A DNA stretch of 64,000 nucleotides from Macrostomum lignano (lineage: Eukaryota): NCBI GenBank assembly GCA_002269645.1, contig NIVC01002234.1, forward strand, positions 45,702 through 109,701, given 5' to 3'. Under the pieces are notes generated by a model. The model made no database searches. It was not told the DNA's origin and saw only the letters and a list, made by a program, of their open reading frames with translations. Position numbers and translations under genes: made by a program. Every line of letters begins with the position of its first letter. Position 1 is the stretch's first letter. Positions 12,726 to 27,430 of this stretch are shown piece by piece.

Positions 12726-15700
12726 CAACTAACTCACCGGACTTCCTCGCCCTCCAACAGCTTCCTATAGGCGTGAATCTCCAGCTCCAAGCTGAGCTTG
12801 GCATCCATGAGCACCTGCAGCTCCCGCATGTACTCCTCCAGGGTGGCATTGGAGCTGGCCAGGTCGGCCCGCAGCTGACTCTTCGTCATCTCGCACTCCC
12901 GCTCAGCCTCCTCCATCTCCCGGCGCAGCTCCTCGAGTTCGCGTTCGAGCTGCGCGTTGCGAGCCTCGAGCTCGGGGATCCGGTTCCGGGCGTCGGTCAT
13001 CTGGCCCTTTATACGCTTGCTCTCCTCGCGCAGGTGGGCCAGCTCGAGGTTGTCCCTTGTGTTCGTGGTTCGAGCCTCCTGCACTTTCACGCTGTACTGG
13101 GCCTCGATCTCCGAGCGCATGGAGTCCAGCTTGACCTCGTACTCGCGCTGGATGTCGTGCAGAGCCTGCGACATCTCGTTGCGCCAGAACTCGCGATTCT
13201 CATTGGTTGTATCTCGGTAAGCCAGGATGGCCAGCTCCTTGAGCTCCTGCGGGGTGTTCGAGTTATAGGATTTTAAGCTTGTAAAATTTTGAGGCTGTAA
13301 AACATCCAATTCGAGCCTATGAAACTTGACTAGAGGACGTTCCTTGACTAGAGAAAGTACACTATATGCATTGGATTACTCCATTGTATTCTGATTGGCT
13401 GTCATCTGTCCGGAGTGAGGTGGGTGCTAAACTAGCAAATGTACATCGGTGAACAATGTAGTTACTACGTTACCATTAGCAAATGCTAACTAGGCTGAAA
13501 AAATAAACCTGGAGTTTGGAACTTTAAAAAAGCCAGCATGCCCTGCACATGCAGTCTCTTTCTACACTTACGGATTCGTGGACCTGCTTGAGGAAGTCCA
13601 ACTCCTCGCGAAGAGACTGGGCGGCGTTCTCGGCGTTGATGTGGTTCAGCGTCTCAGTGTCAAGGTCCTGCGGATGTGACGAGTATTTCATAAGATTTTG
13701 TATTGATAATCCATAAATAATCACGCAATAAAAGGACTCACTGTTCTCAGTCGGGACACATCGTCGCGAAGTCGCTTGGTCTCTCGTTGGTCTCGAGCTC
13801 GCTCCTCGTCGAAGGCGGCCACCCGACGGCGCAGCAGCGAGATTTCGCCATCGTAGTCGGCCATCTGCTGGTTGAGCTTGTCGATGGTCTCCCTGTCCAC
13901 CTGGTGCATCCGGTTCGCCTCGTCTAAGCTTCAATTTTGAGCGATGATTGGAAAGAATGTCCCTGATTGGCCCGTGAATTTTTCTGAGGCAATGAGCGCG
14001 GAGCTCTCTGATTGGCTGTTGGAGCTTTTTGAGGTGATAGGCGAATTCCAGCTCTCTTATTGGTCAGGTAGCTTTTGGGGTGGTGGGTGGATTCCAGCTC
14101 TCTTATTGGTCAGGGAGCTTTTGGGGTGGTGGGTGGATTCCAGCTCTCTTATTGGTCAGGGAGCTTTTGGGGTGGTGGGTTGATTCCAGCTCTCTTACGA
14201 GCGTATTCGCCAGGGAGCTTTTGGGGTGGTGGGTGGATTCTATAGCTTTCTTATTGGTCAGGGAGCTTTTGGGGTGGTGGGTGAATTCCAGCTCTCTTAT
14301 TAGTCAGGGAGCTTATGGGGTGGTGGGTGGATTCCAGCTCTCTTATTGGTCAGGGAGCTTTTGGGGTGGTGGGTGGATTCTAGCTCTCATTAGCCAGGGA
14401 GCTTTTGGGGTAGTGGTTTTGGGTAAAAGAGTCCAGCTACGTATGATCTAGCGCATGATAAGCTGCTTAACATAAAATTAAGCATCTTTAAGAGCAACTC
14501 ACAGAACTTGCAGCTCGTTCAGCTGGTCCTCCAGTGAGCTGATTCGCACCTCAGCCTCTGCCTTGTGCTTCTCGGCATCCTCGAGCAGTTTGCGCAGCTG
14601 CTGAAGCTCAGTCTCATAGGTGAGCTTAATCTTCTCAGTCTCTTTGCCCCATCGGTCTTTAAGCTGTTGAAGCTCGTTAGAAAGCTTCTTGTTTTGGGCC
14701 TCCAAAAATCTTACCTTGATAAAATATTGAAATGATAAAACTGGGGTATATTCGGCGATAACTGTGACTTTTTCAGAATCTTGAAGGAATTTTTAAAAGC
14801 CCGTAAAAATAAAGTCATCCTGTTAGACACGAAGTCCCTCTGTTAGACACGAAGTCATCCTGTTAGACACAAATTCATCCTGTTAGATAGAAAGTCACCC
14901 AGTTAGACACGAAATCCCTCTGTTAGACAGGAAGTCACCCTGTTAGACAGGAAGTCACCCTGTTAGACAGGAAGTCACCCTGTTAGACAAGAAGTCACCC
15001 TGTTAGACAGGAAGTCACCCTGTTAGACAAGAAGTCAACCCTGTTAGACAAGAAGTCAACCCTGTTAGACAAGAAGTCAACCCTGTTAGACAGGAAGTCA
15101 CCCTGTTAGACAAGAAGTCAACCCTGTTAGACAAGAAGTCAACCCTGTTAGACAAGAAGTCAACCCTGTTAGACAAGAAGTCAACCCTGTTAGACAGGAA
15201 GTCACCCTGTTAGACAAGAAGTCAATCCTGTTAGACAAGAAGTCAACCCTGTTAGACAAGAAGTCAACCCTGTTAGACAGGAAGTCACCCTGTTAGACAA
15301 GAAGTCAACCCTGTTAGACAAGAAGTCAACCCTGTTAGACAAGAAGTCAACCCTGTTAGACAAGAAGTCAACCCTGTTAGACAGGAAGTCACCCTGTTAG
15401 ACAAGAAGTCAATCCTGTTAGACAAGAAGTCAACCCTGTTAGACAAGAAGTCAACCCTGTTAGACAGGAAGTCACCCTGTTAGACAGGAAGTCACCCTGT
15501 TAGACAAGAAGTCACCCTGTTAGACAGGAAGTCACCCTGTTAGACAAGAAGTCAACCCTGTTAGACAAGAAGTCAACCCTGTTAGACAAGAAGTCAACCC
15601 TGTTAGACAGGAAGTCACCCTGTTAGACAAGAAGTCAACCCTGTTAGACAAGAAGTCAACCCTGTTAGACAGGAAGTCACCCTGTTAGACAAGAAGTCAA

Positions 15701-18700
15701 TCCTGTTAGACAAGAAGTTAATCCTGTTAGACAAGAAGTCAACCCTGTTAGACAGGAAGTCACCCTGTTAGACAGGAAGTCACCCTGTTAGACAAGAAGT
15801 CACCCTGTTAGACAGGAAGTCACCCTGTTAGACAAGAAGTCAACCCTGTTAGACAAGAAGTCAACCCTGTTAGACAAGAAGTCAACCCTGTTAGACAGGA
15901 AGTCACCCTGTTAGACAAGAAGTCAACCCTGTTAGACAGGAAGTCACCCTGTTAGACAAGAAGTCAACCCTGTTAGACAAGAAGTCAACCCTGTTAGACA
16001 AGAAGTCAACCCTGTTAGACAGGAAGTCACCCTGTTAGACAAGAAGTCAATCCTGTTAGACAAGAAGTCAACCCTGTTAGACAAGAAGTCAACCCTGTTA
16101 GACAGGAAGTCACCCTGTTAGACAGGAAGTCACCCTGTTAGACAAGAAGTCACCCTGTTAGACAGGAAGTCACCCTGTTAGACAAGAAGTCAACCCTGTT
16201 AGACAGGAAGTCACCCTGTTAGACAAGAAGTCAATCCTGTTAGACAAGAAGTCAACCCTGTTAGACAAGAAGTCAACCCTGTTAGACAGGAAGTCACCCT
16301 GTTAGACAAGAAGTCAATCCTGTTAGACAAGAAGTTAATCCTGTTAGACAAGAAGTCAACCCTGTTAGACAGGAAGTCACCCTGTTAGACAAGAAGTCAA
16401 TCCTGTTAGACAAGAAGTTAATCCTGTTAGAAAAGAAGTCAACCCTGTTAGACAAGAAGTCACCCTGTTAGACAAGAAGTCAATCCTGTTAGACAAGAAG
16501 TTAATCCTGTTAGACACGAAGTCAACCCTGTTAGACAGGAAGTCACCCTGTTAGACAAGAAGTCAATCCTGTTAGACAAGAAGTTAATCCTGTTAGACAA
16601 GAAGTCAACCCTGTTAGACAAGAAGTCACCCTGTTAGACAAGAAGTCAATCCTGTTAGACAAGAAGTTAATCCTGTTAGACAAGAAGTCAACCCTGTTAG
16701 ACAGGAAGTCACCCTGTTAGACAAGAAGTCAACCCTGTTAGACAAGAAGTTAATCCTGTTAGACAAGAAGTCACCCTGTTAGACAAGAAGTCAATCCTGT
16801 TAGACAAGAAGTTAATCCTGTTAGACAAGAAGTCAACCCTGTTAGACAGGAAGTCACCCTGTTAGACAAGAAGTCAACCCTGTTAGACAAGAAGTTAATC
16901 CTGTTAGACAAGAAGTCAACCCTGTTAGACAAGAAGTCAATCCTGTTAGACAAGAAGTTAATCCTGTTAGACAAGAAGTCAACCCTGTTAGACAAGAAGT
17001 CAATCCTGTTAGACAAGAAGTCAACCCTGTTAGACAGGAAGTCAACCCTGTTAGACAGTAAGTCACCCTGTTAGACAAGAAGTCAACCCTGTTAGACAAG
17101 AAGTCAACCCTGTTAGACAGGAAGTCACCCTGTTAGACAAGAAGTCAATCCTGTTAGACAAGAAGTCAACCCTGTTAGACAGGAAGTCACCCTGTTAGAC
17201 AAGAAGTCAATCCTGTTAGACAAGAAGTCAATCCTGTTAGACAAGAAGTCAACCCTGTTAGACAGGAAGTCACCCTGTTAGACAAGAAGTCAATCCTGTT
17301 AGACAAGAAGTTAATCCTGTTAGACAAGAAGTTAATCCTGTTAGACAAGAAGTCAACCCTGTTAGACAGGAAGTCACCCTGTTAGACAAGAAGTCAATCC
17401 TGTTAGACAAGAAGTTAATCCTGTTAGACAGGAAGTCAACCCTGTTAGACAGTAAGTCACCCTGTTAGACAAGAAGTCAACCCTGTTAGACAGGAAGTCA
17501 CCCTGTTAGACAAGAAGTCAATCCTGTTAGACAAGAAGTCAACCCTGTTAGACAGGAAGTCACCCTGTTAGACAAGAAGTCAATCCTGTTAGACAAGAAG
17601 TTAATCCTGTTAGACAAGAAGTCAACCCTGTTAGACAGGAAGTCACCCTGTTAGACAAGAAGTCAACCCTGTTAGACAGGAAGTCAACCCTGTTAGACAG
17701 TAAGTCACCCTGTTAGACAAGAAGTCAACCCTGTTAGACAAGAAGTCAACCCTGTTAGACAGGAAGTCACCCTGTTAGACAAGAAGTCAATCCTGTTAGA
17801 CAAGAAGTCAACCCTGTTAGACAGGAAGTCACCCTGTTAGACAAGAAGTCAATCCTGTTAGACAAGAAGTTAATCCTGTTAGACAAGAAGTCAACCCTGT
17901 TAGACAGGAAGTCACCCTGTTAGACAAGAAGTCAATCCTGTTAGACAAGAAGTTAATCCTGTTAGACAAGAAGTTAATCCTGTTAGACAAGAAGTCAACC
18001 CTGTTAGACAGGAAGTCACCCTGTTAGACAAGAAGTCAATCCTGTTAGACAAGAAGTTAATCCTGTTAGACAAGAAGTCAACCCTGTTAGACAAGAAGTC
18101 AATCCTGTTAGACAAGAAGTTAATCCTGTTAGACAAGAAGTCACCCTGTTAGACAAGAAGTCAATCCTGTTAGACAAGAAGTTAATCCTGTTAGACAAGA
18201 AGTCAACCCTGTTAGACAAGAAGTTAATCCTGTTAGACAAGAAGTCAACCCTGTTAGACAAGAAGTCAATCCTGTTAGACAAGAAGTTAATCCTGTTAGA
18301 CAAGAAGTCAACCCTGTTAGACAAGAAGTCAATCCTGTTAGACAAGAAGTTAATCCTGTTAGACAAGAAGTCAACCCTGTTAGACAAGAAGTTAATCCTG
18401 TTAGACAAGAAGTCAACCCTGTTAGACAAGAAGTTAACCCTGTTAGACAAGAAGTCAATCCTGTTAGACAAGAAGTCAACCCTGTTAGACAAGAAGTCAA
18501 CCCTGTTAGACAAGAAGTCAATCCTGTTAGACAAGAAGTTAATCCTGTTAGACAAGAAGTCAACCCTGTTAGACAAGAAGTCAATCCTGTTAGACAAGAA
18601 GTTAATCCTGTTAGACAAGAAGTCAACCCTGTTAGACAAGAAGTTAATCCTGTTAGACAAGAAGTCAACCCTGTTAGACAAGAAGTTAACCCTGTTAGAC

Positions 18701-20831
18701 AAGAAGTCAATCCTGTTAGACAAGAAGTCAACCCTGTTAGACAAGAAGTCAATCCTGTTAGACAAGAAGTCGCCCTAGCCATAGGCGCACACGAAGCTAT
18801 TAGGTTAATTTATTCCGTAAGTCAACAACCCCAGGTAACGCAAAAATTGTCAAGGACCTGCATTATCATGTATTTACAAAGTGATTTAGTATGCAGAAAA
18901 TCTCAATTTACAGCCAATTTAACCCCGAGGTCCGGCGCCCGGCAACTCAATCGGAACAAGTGGCGCAGCACACGCGGTTGCAGCCGGTCAAAAAACTAAG
19001 AGCAGACAGGCAGACAGATATTCGGAGGCAGAACATTAGCTAAACTAAATATTGCTTCAGCAGCATGGGAGGGTAAACCAAGCACAGCAGTGAGACTAAA
19101 CAGAAAGAAGGAACTCTATGAAGACCCGGTGGGACTGCAAAAAAAGTCATCCAAAGGTATATTAGGTCTTCAATATTTTCTAGTTCTTTCAAGCACAGAG
19201 CCAAACGTCTGAGAGAGAGGGCATCAGCTTTGAGTCGAGTTTGTTTAACCAGCTGCTCGAGCCACTACAGCAAAACAAATACCACAAATACGAGTGTAGA
19301 GAGTCCAGCTCGGTTCCAGCACGCCAAAGAAGCAATTAAAATTGAACTCTAGGGAATTAAAACCCCAGTCTGATTGAAGTATACATAGAGAAACAACGTT
19401 GACTTTGAAAGCAAATCTCTGTGTAAACACGAATTTAAGAATGGTGTAGAATCTCGAATACTGGCCAGAAACTTAATAAAAGACAATTGACTTTTCACTC
19501 TGATTATTTAGCATCAATTATTATGGAAAAGTCACCGGGGTTATCAAGAATAGCTGCTTTAAGCCATGGCAGCTAGCAGTATGGTTGTTTTTTCAAGAAA
19601 TTGATAAATAATCAGGCCGAAAATAACGTTCGTCTCGGATGTCTTGGTGGTTGTCACCTTTAGATAGGGTGTCTAGAGATGCGCTCTAGATAGGATGTCT
19701 AGAGATGCACTATAGATAGGGTGTCTAGAGATGCACTATAGATAGGGTGTCTAGAGATGCGCTCTAGATAGGATGTCTAGAGATGCACTATAGATAGGGT
19801 GTCTAGAGATGCGCTGTAGATAGGGTGTCTAGAGATGCACTATAGATAGGGTGTCTAGAGATGCGCTCTAGATAGGGTGTCTAGAGATGCACTGTAGATA
19901 GGGTGTCTAGGGATGCGCTATAGATAGGGTGTCTAGAGATGCGCTATAGATTGGGTGTCTAGAGATGCGCTATAGATTGGGTGTCTAGAGATGCGCTATA
20001 GATAGGGTGTCTAGAGATGCGCTGTAGATAGGGTGTCTAGAGATGCGCTGTAGTAGTGTCTAGAGATGTGGTTATAGCTTAGTGGTTAGAGCGTCGGACT
20101 CACGACGGAAGGGTCGGGGGTTCGATCCCTGACCCAACCGGAATAATTGTGTCCTTGAGCAAGACACAGCTCTGCATTGCTTCAGTTCACCCAGCTGTAA
20201 AATGGGTGCCAGCATTAGCCTTCAGATGCGCCGCGCAATAGCTGCGGCTGAGCTGTCGGTTGCACATCTGCCCATTGGGGCAGGTGTAATCAATTATTAT
20301 TATTATTAATTTAGAGTCTTTAGAGTCTACATGTAAAGGTGTCCTAGAAGGGTATCTATAGATCTGCTAGGGTAATCTAGAGGTGTGCTGGGGTCTGTAT
20401 CAGTTTCAACATCTTCAGAGGCGTGCTCAAGTTCCTATAGAAGCATCAAGAAGCGCACCGGCCATCATGCCTACCTTCTCAATATAACCGGCCAACCGTT
20501 CGTTCAACTCCTGCATGTCTCTCTTCTCCTTCTCCCGTCCAGTCAGCATGCTGGACACGTCGGCAGCCACCGCGGCGCCGCTGCGACCTCCGCCGCCGCC
20601 AGAGAAGCTTCGACTAATGTTGACGCTGCGCATCGTCGAGGAGGCATCAAGAAGGTCTCGAGCCGCTGCAACGCCCGGCAAAGTCCTGTTGATCACCACA
20701 GTTTTGGGCGAAGCGATCGGACCGCGGAAGCCCAAAGAGCTCCCGCCGCTGGCGCCCGAAGTTTGCACGTTGTAGCGAGTGGTCTTCACGGTTGTCATGC
20801 TCTGGGCGTTGTTTGACGATGAAGTGCTCAT
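10552..20831 (-). CDS. Cytoplasmic intermediate filament protein (protostome type: long coil 1b plus lamin tail domain)
   Basis: Exons read by eye with GT-AG and consistent phases: 20831-20475, 14714-14503, 13928-13742, 13667-13572, 13246-12738, 12588-12491, [12377-12366 micro-exon], 12280-12156, 11814-11698, 10823-10707, 10596-10552. Rod motifs are ELNERLAGYIEKVRFLEAQN and LSLELEIHAYRKLLEGEE. LTD motifs are GNVSIQECSPDGKFVLLEN, DIGGWKL and WGVG. It ends TVYSAN* with no CaaX or obvious NLS, so it is not a lamin. The exon 3 acceptor (AAG at 13929-13931) is the least certain junction. Confidence 0.92.
11036..11510. repeat. 23-bp intronic minisatellite (GTAATTCCTCTAGATGGACTTGG)
   Basis: Tandem units in the IF intron, with degenerate flanks from about 10900. 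Confidence 0.9.
11876..12110. repeat. 55-bp intronic tandem repeat (~4 copies)
   Basis: GCTAAGAT recurs at 11893, 11948, 12003 and 12058. Confidence 0.88.
12690..12733. repeat. (AACT)n microsatellite adjacent to the IF exon 5 donor
   Basis: About 10 tandem AACT units. Confidence 0.85.
14045..14410. repeat. 46-bp intronic tandem repeat (GATTCCAGCTCTCTTATTGGTCAGGGAGCTTTTGGGGTGGTGGGTG)
   Basis: About 8 imperfect copies in IF intron 2. Confidence 0.88.
14812..18771. repeat. 20/21-bp minisatellite (CTGTTAGACAAGAAGTCAACC and variants), ~4 kb
   Basis: Continuous array in IF intron 1. The ORFs LTGLTSC/SNRVDFL are repeat translations. Confidence 0.96.
19661..20067. repeat. 26-bp minisatellite (TAGATAGGGTGTCTAGAGATGCGCTA)
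   Basis: Period of 26 (19687, 19713). It abuts the 5' end of a SINE. Confidence 0.9.
20068..20310 (+). mobile_element. tRNA-derived CORE-type SINE, copy 1 (internal deletion)
   Basis: A box TAGCTTAGTGG, B box GGTTCGATCCC, core TGTGTCCTTGAGCAAGACAC...CTGTAAAATGGG, and an (ATT)n tail. Homologous to the copies at 40364, 43112 and 47482. Confidence 0.85.
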
Positions 20832-21147
20832 GGTTCAACTAGAGTAATTTGGATTGGAAAACCCTGCCACCAGTTAACACTGCAGCTTCAATAGTTAGCT
20901 AATTCGTTAACCACAACGTCAAAGCGTCTCCTCTGGTCGAAAATTTAAGCATAATTTTTCTGTTTGCTATTTGGCTACCGGTGTAAATATTGCATGTTTA
21001 GACTGGCTGCCTGGGAGGGGGCGGTTGGTATGGTAATTTGCACTTCACTCCTATTGGCTGGCGAGGGCAGCGAGAGGTCCTTGCTCTTCCAAGAGACAGA
21101 CGACTGAGCGATAAGTTAATTAAAATCGCATAAAAATTAATGATTTA

Positions 21148-22262
21148 GTGGCGATTGTCAGGGTGGTGTATGGGCGATTGTCAGGGTGGTGTATGGGCGA
21201 TTGTCAGGGTGGTGTATGGGCGATTGTCAGGGTGGTGTATGGGCGATTGTCAGGGTGGTGTATGGGCGATTGTCAGGGTGGTTTATGGGCGATTGTCAGG
21301 GTGGTGTATGGGCGATTGTCAGGGTGGTGTATGGGCGATTGTCAGGGTGGTGTATGGGCGATTGTCAGGGTGGTTTATGGGCGATTGTCAGGGTAATTTA
21401 TGGGCGATTGTCAGGATGGTGTATGGGCGATTGTCAGGGTGGTGTATGGGCGATTGTCAGGGTGGTTTATGGGCGATTGTCAGGGTGGTGTATGGGCGAT
21501 TGTCAGGGTGGTTTATGGGCGATTGTCAGGGTGGTGTATGGGCGATTGTCAGGGTGGTTTATGGGCGATTGTCAGGGTAATTTATGGGCGATTGTCAGGG
21601 TGGTTTATGGGCGATTGTCAGGGTGGTTTATGGGCGATTGTCAGGGTGGTGTATGGGCGATTGTCAGGGTGGTGTATGGGCGATTGTCAGGGTGGTGTAT
21701 GGGCGATTGTCAGGGTGGTGTATGGGCGATTGTCAGGGTGGTGTATGGGCGATTGTCAGGGTAGTTTATGGGCGATTGTCAGGATGGTTTAGGGGCGATT
21801 GTCAGGGTGGTTTATGGGCGATTGTCAGGATGGTTTAGGGGCGATTGTCAGGGTGGTTTATGGGCGATTCTCAGGATGGTTTAGGGGCGATTCTCAGGAT
21901 GGTTTATGGGCGATTGTCAGGGTGGTTTATGGGCGATTGTCAGGATGGTTTAGGGGCGATTGTCAGGGTGGTATATAGGCGACCATTGGGGTGGTTTGGG
22001 GGCGATTTTCGGAGTGATTTAGGGGTGATCTCAGAATGATTGAGAGGCGATTCTCACGGTGACTTAGGGGTGATTCAGGGGCGATTCTCAGGGGGATTTG
22101 GATGCGATTCTCAGGGTGATTTAGGGGCGATTCTCAGGGTGATTTAGGAGCGATTCTTAGGGTGATTTAGGTGCGATTCTCAGGGTCATTTAGGGGCGAT
22201 TCTCAGGGTGAGTTGGATGCGATTCTGAGGGTGATTTAGGGGCGATTATCAGGGTGATTTAG
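21148..22262. repeat. 23-bp G-rich minisatellite (GGCGATTGTCAGGGTGGTGTATG) grading into TTAGGGGCGATTCTCAGGGTGA
   Basis: Tandem units starting about 320 bp upstream of the IF ATG, with progressive unit drift after about 21780. Confidence 0.93.
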
Positions 22263-22676
22263 GGGCATATTTTAGTTTCTTAGGGCTGTTATAGCAGCGA
22301 TATAAAATGGGCCGCAAGTGATTTTTCCAGCAGTTTAATGAGTGATTCTGAAGCTTTTTAGTTTCCTAGTTAGAAAATCTGAAAATGAACCATCAGCAGG
22401 CTAGAGACGATACACTCTATTCAAAGCCGGAAATTCGCTTGCATAACATTAACAGCGATGAGGGTAAGTGCATTAATTCGTTGTCAATGAAACGTACTTC
22501 CCTTAAGCCAGGCGCGTCTCACAATGTATAAATTACAGTGTAGTAAAATGCACAGAATACTTCAAACGCAGTGCCTCGCCTTTACATGTGCCGGACTGCC
22601 TGAACCTTCACATCGTGCCTAAATTGTTTTTAAGTTGTGGGCTAGCAAAAGTGAGTAGGAATTCTTAGGTTAATTC

Positions 22677-23778
22677 ATAGGGTGGTTTAGGCTAATAATT
22701 AGGATGGTTTAGGGTAATAATTAGGGTGGTTTAGGGTAATGATTAGGGTTGGTTTAGGGTAATGATTAGGGTTGGTTTAGGGTAATAATTAGGGTGGTTT
22801 AGGGTAATAATTAGGGTGGTTTAGGGTAATGATTAGGGTTGGTTTAGGGTAATAATTAGGGTGGTTTAGGGTAATAATTAGGGTGGTTTAGGGTAATTGT
22901 TAGGGTGGTTTAGGGTAATGATTAGGGTGGTTTAGGGTAATTGTTAGGGTGGTTTAGGGTAATAATTAGGGTGGTTTAGGGTAATAATTAGGGTGGTTTA
23001 GGGTAATAATTAGGGTGGTTTAGGGTAATAATTAGGGTGGTTTAGGGTAATAATTAGGGTGGTTTAGGGTAATAATTAGGGTGGTTTAGGGTAATTGTTA
23101 GGGTGGTTTAGGGTAATAATTAGGGTGGTTTAGGGTAATAATTAGGGTGGTTTAGGGTAATAATTAGGGTGGTTTAGGGTAATAATTAGGGTGGTTTAGG
23201 GTAATAATTAGGGTGGTTTAGGGTAATAATTAGGGTGGTTTAGGGTAATAATTAGGGTGGTTTAGGCTAATAATAAGGGTGGTTTTGGCTAATAATTAGG
23301 GTGGTTTAGGCTAATAATTAGGGTGGTTTAGGGTAATAATTAGGGTGGTTTAGGGTAATAATTAGGGTGGTTTAGGGTAATAATTAGGGTTGGTTTAGGG
23401 TAATAATTAGGGTGGTTTAGGGTAATAATTAGGGTGGTTTAGGGTAATAATTAGGGTGGTTTAGGCTAATAATAAGGGTGGTTTTGGCTAATAATTAGGG
23501 TGGTTTAGGCTAATAATTAGGGTGGTTTAGGCTAATAATTAGGGTGGTTTAGGGTAATTGTTAGGGTGGTTTAGGCTAATAATTAGGGTGGTTTAGGCTA
23601 ATAATTAGGGTGGTTTAGGCTAATAATTAGGGTGGTTTAGGGTAATAATTAGGGTGGTTTAGGGTAATTGTTAGGGTGGTTTAGGGTAATAGTTAGGGTG
23701 GTTTAGGGTAATAATTAGGGTGGTTTAGGGTAATAATTAGGGTGGTTTAGGCTAATAATTAGGGTGGTTTAGGGTAAT
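22677..23778. repeat. 22-bp telomere-like minisatellite (TTAGGGTGGTTTAGGGTAATAA)
   Basis: Two TTAGGG hexamers per 22-bp unit, about 50 units. Confidence 0.93.
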
Positions 23779-25202
23779 TCTAAGAGAGTTTAGGGCGATT
23801 CTTTAAGAGAATTTAGGGCGATTTTAAACAGTTTAAGGCCATCCTTGCAATTTTGATAAATTAACGTTGGTTTGTAATAAAAAAGCAGTTTAAAATAACA
23901 AAGAAATAGGACACGAAAAAGCCAATCAAAACATATATCTAGCTTAATACTAATTGACACTCACGTCAAACTGTTTCATATTTGGGGGGGGGAGGGGTCA
24001 GCATTTATTATAATTGTGTCACAGTATAAATAATAATTTTTAGTAATATTAAATAATTTTTATTATAATTATAAAAAAGATGTTTTGCAACGCCATTCAA
24101 GCGTGCAGATTGAACAGGCTGATTTTAGTAAGCGAAAAAGCTTCGTACATGTCACATGTATATAATATAGAAAATCATATATATAAATAATATATACTAA
24201 TCAGACACATGCAACAGAGAGCCATAGCAAGCAGGTAACTAATAATAATTCATAATTATCGAACAAAAAAGCGAACACAGAATCAAGTCAGGGAGTTGAT
24301 GGGCAGGTTGATAACAAAACTAGAACTAATCAAGGGCATTGTGAATTCTTGCCTGCTTACGAGTATATCCGGGACACAAGATATCAAAATATTTGTAATG
24401 GACAATTATTTTGTAACTAATGATTGACAATTGCAAATAGCCAGCTAAAATAGCAGATCCAAAAACAAAACAAGACTGTCATATTGGCCTAAATTGTTTC
24501 ATGATTTTTTAAAATCAAAACTTGAAAATATTGAACCAACTTGCTACTAATAGTAGCTCTATAGGTTTAATACACAGATACTATAACATAACTTAATGTG
24601 TTTTTAGCAAAAATTCGCTCATCTACTCTTTTTATTCAGTAGCAAATTCGCGTTTTTTGCCTTTATCTTATTAAAAAAAATACTTAAGTTTACAAAATAT
24701 TTAGCTGTTGTTATATTTAAATTTAAGTGACAATGCGCTGACAAGCTACTGAAAAGAGTAGACGCTCTGCTTCTACACCTTTAGTCATTCTAGTATCTGT
24801 GTCATAAAATAGTAAATTATTTTGAACGATTTTAAAAACAAAAACAAAAATAACTGGGATCAGAAGCTGTTATTTATTGTTTGTAGATTTTCTAGATTAT
24901 ATTAATTCATGGCAGGTAACAGCACTACTAACATCTTTAATACATAATGCATATTGTTAATATTAATAGTACATACTCCGCTGGATAACTGAAAAGACAC
25001 GCACGCAGAGAGACACACACAAAAAACCGAAGCAAAAAAGTTGTTTTGCAGATTAGTTTTGGAGGGTTTGAGTTCAATAAATATAGATTTATAAATATTA
25101 GCAGTTTTATTTTTAAAAAAACAGTGCTTTGCAATCATATAATATACAACCACCCGAACCCTTGCACTGATGCGAGATTCCTCTTCATTCAAGACCGCCA
25201 GC

Positions 25203-27430
<2,228 letters not shown>

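Noticed and set aside
16771-18782. LTGLTSC / SNRVDFL ORFs
   Set aside because: An intronic satellite whose frame shifts with 20-bp variants.
20068-20140. Functional tRNA gene
   Set aside because: A and B boxes are present, but there is no clean cloverleaf or anticodon arm, and it continues into a SINE body shared with other copies.
10552-20831. Nuclear lamin
   Set aside because: It has an LTD but no C-terminal CaaX and no basic NLS between rod and tail.
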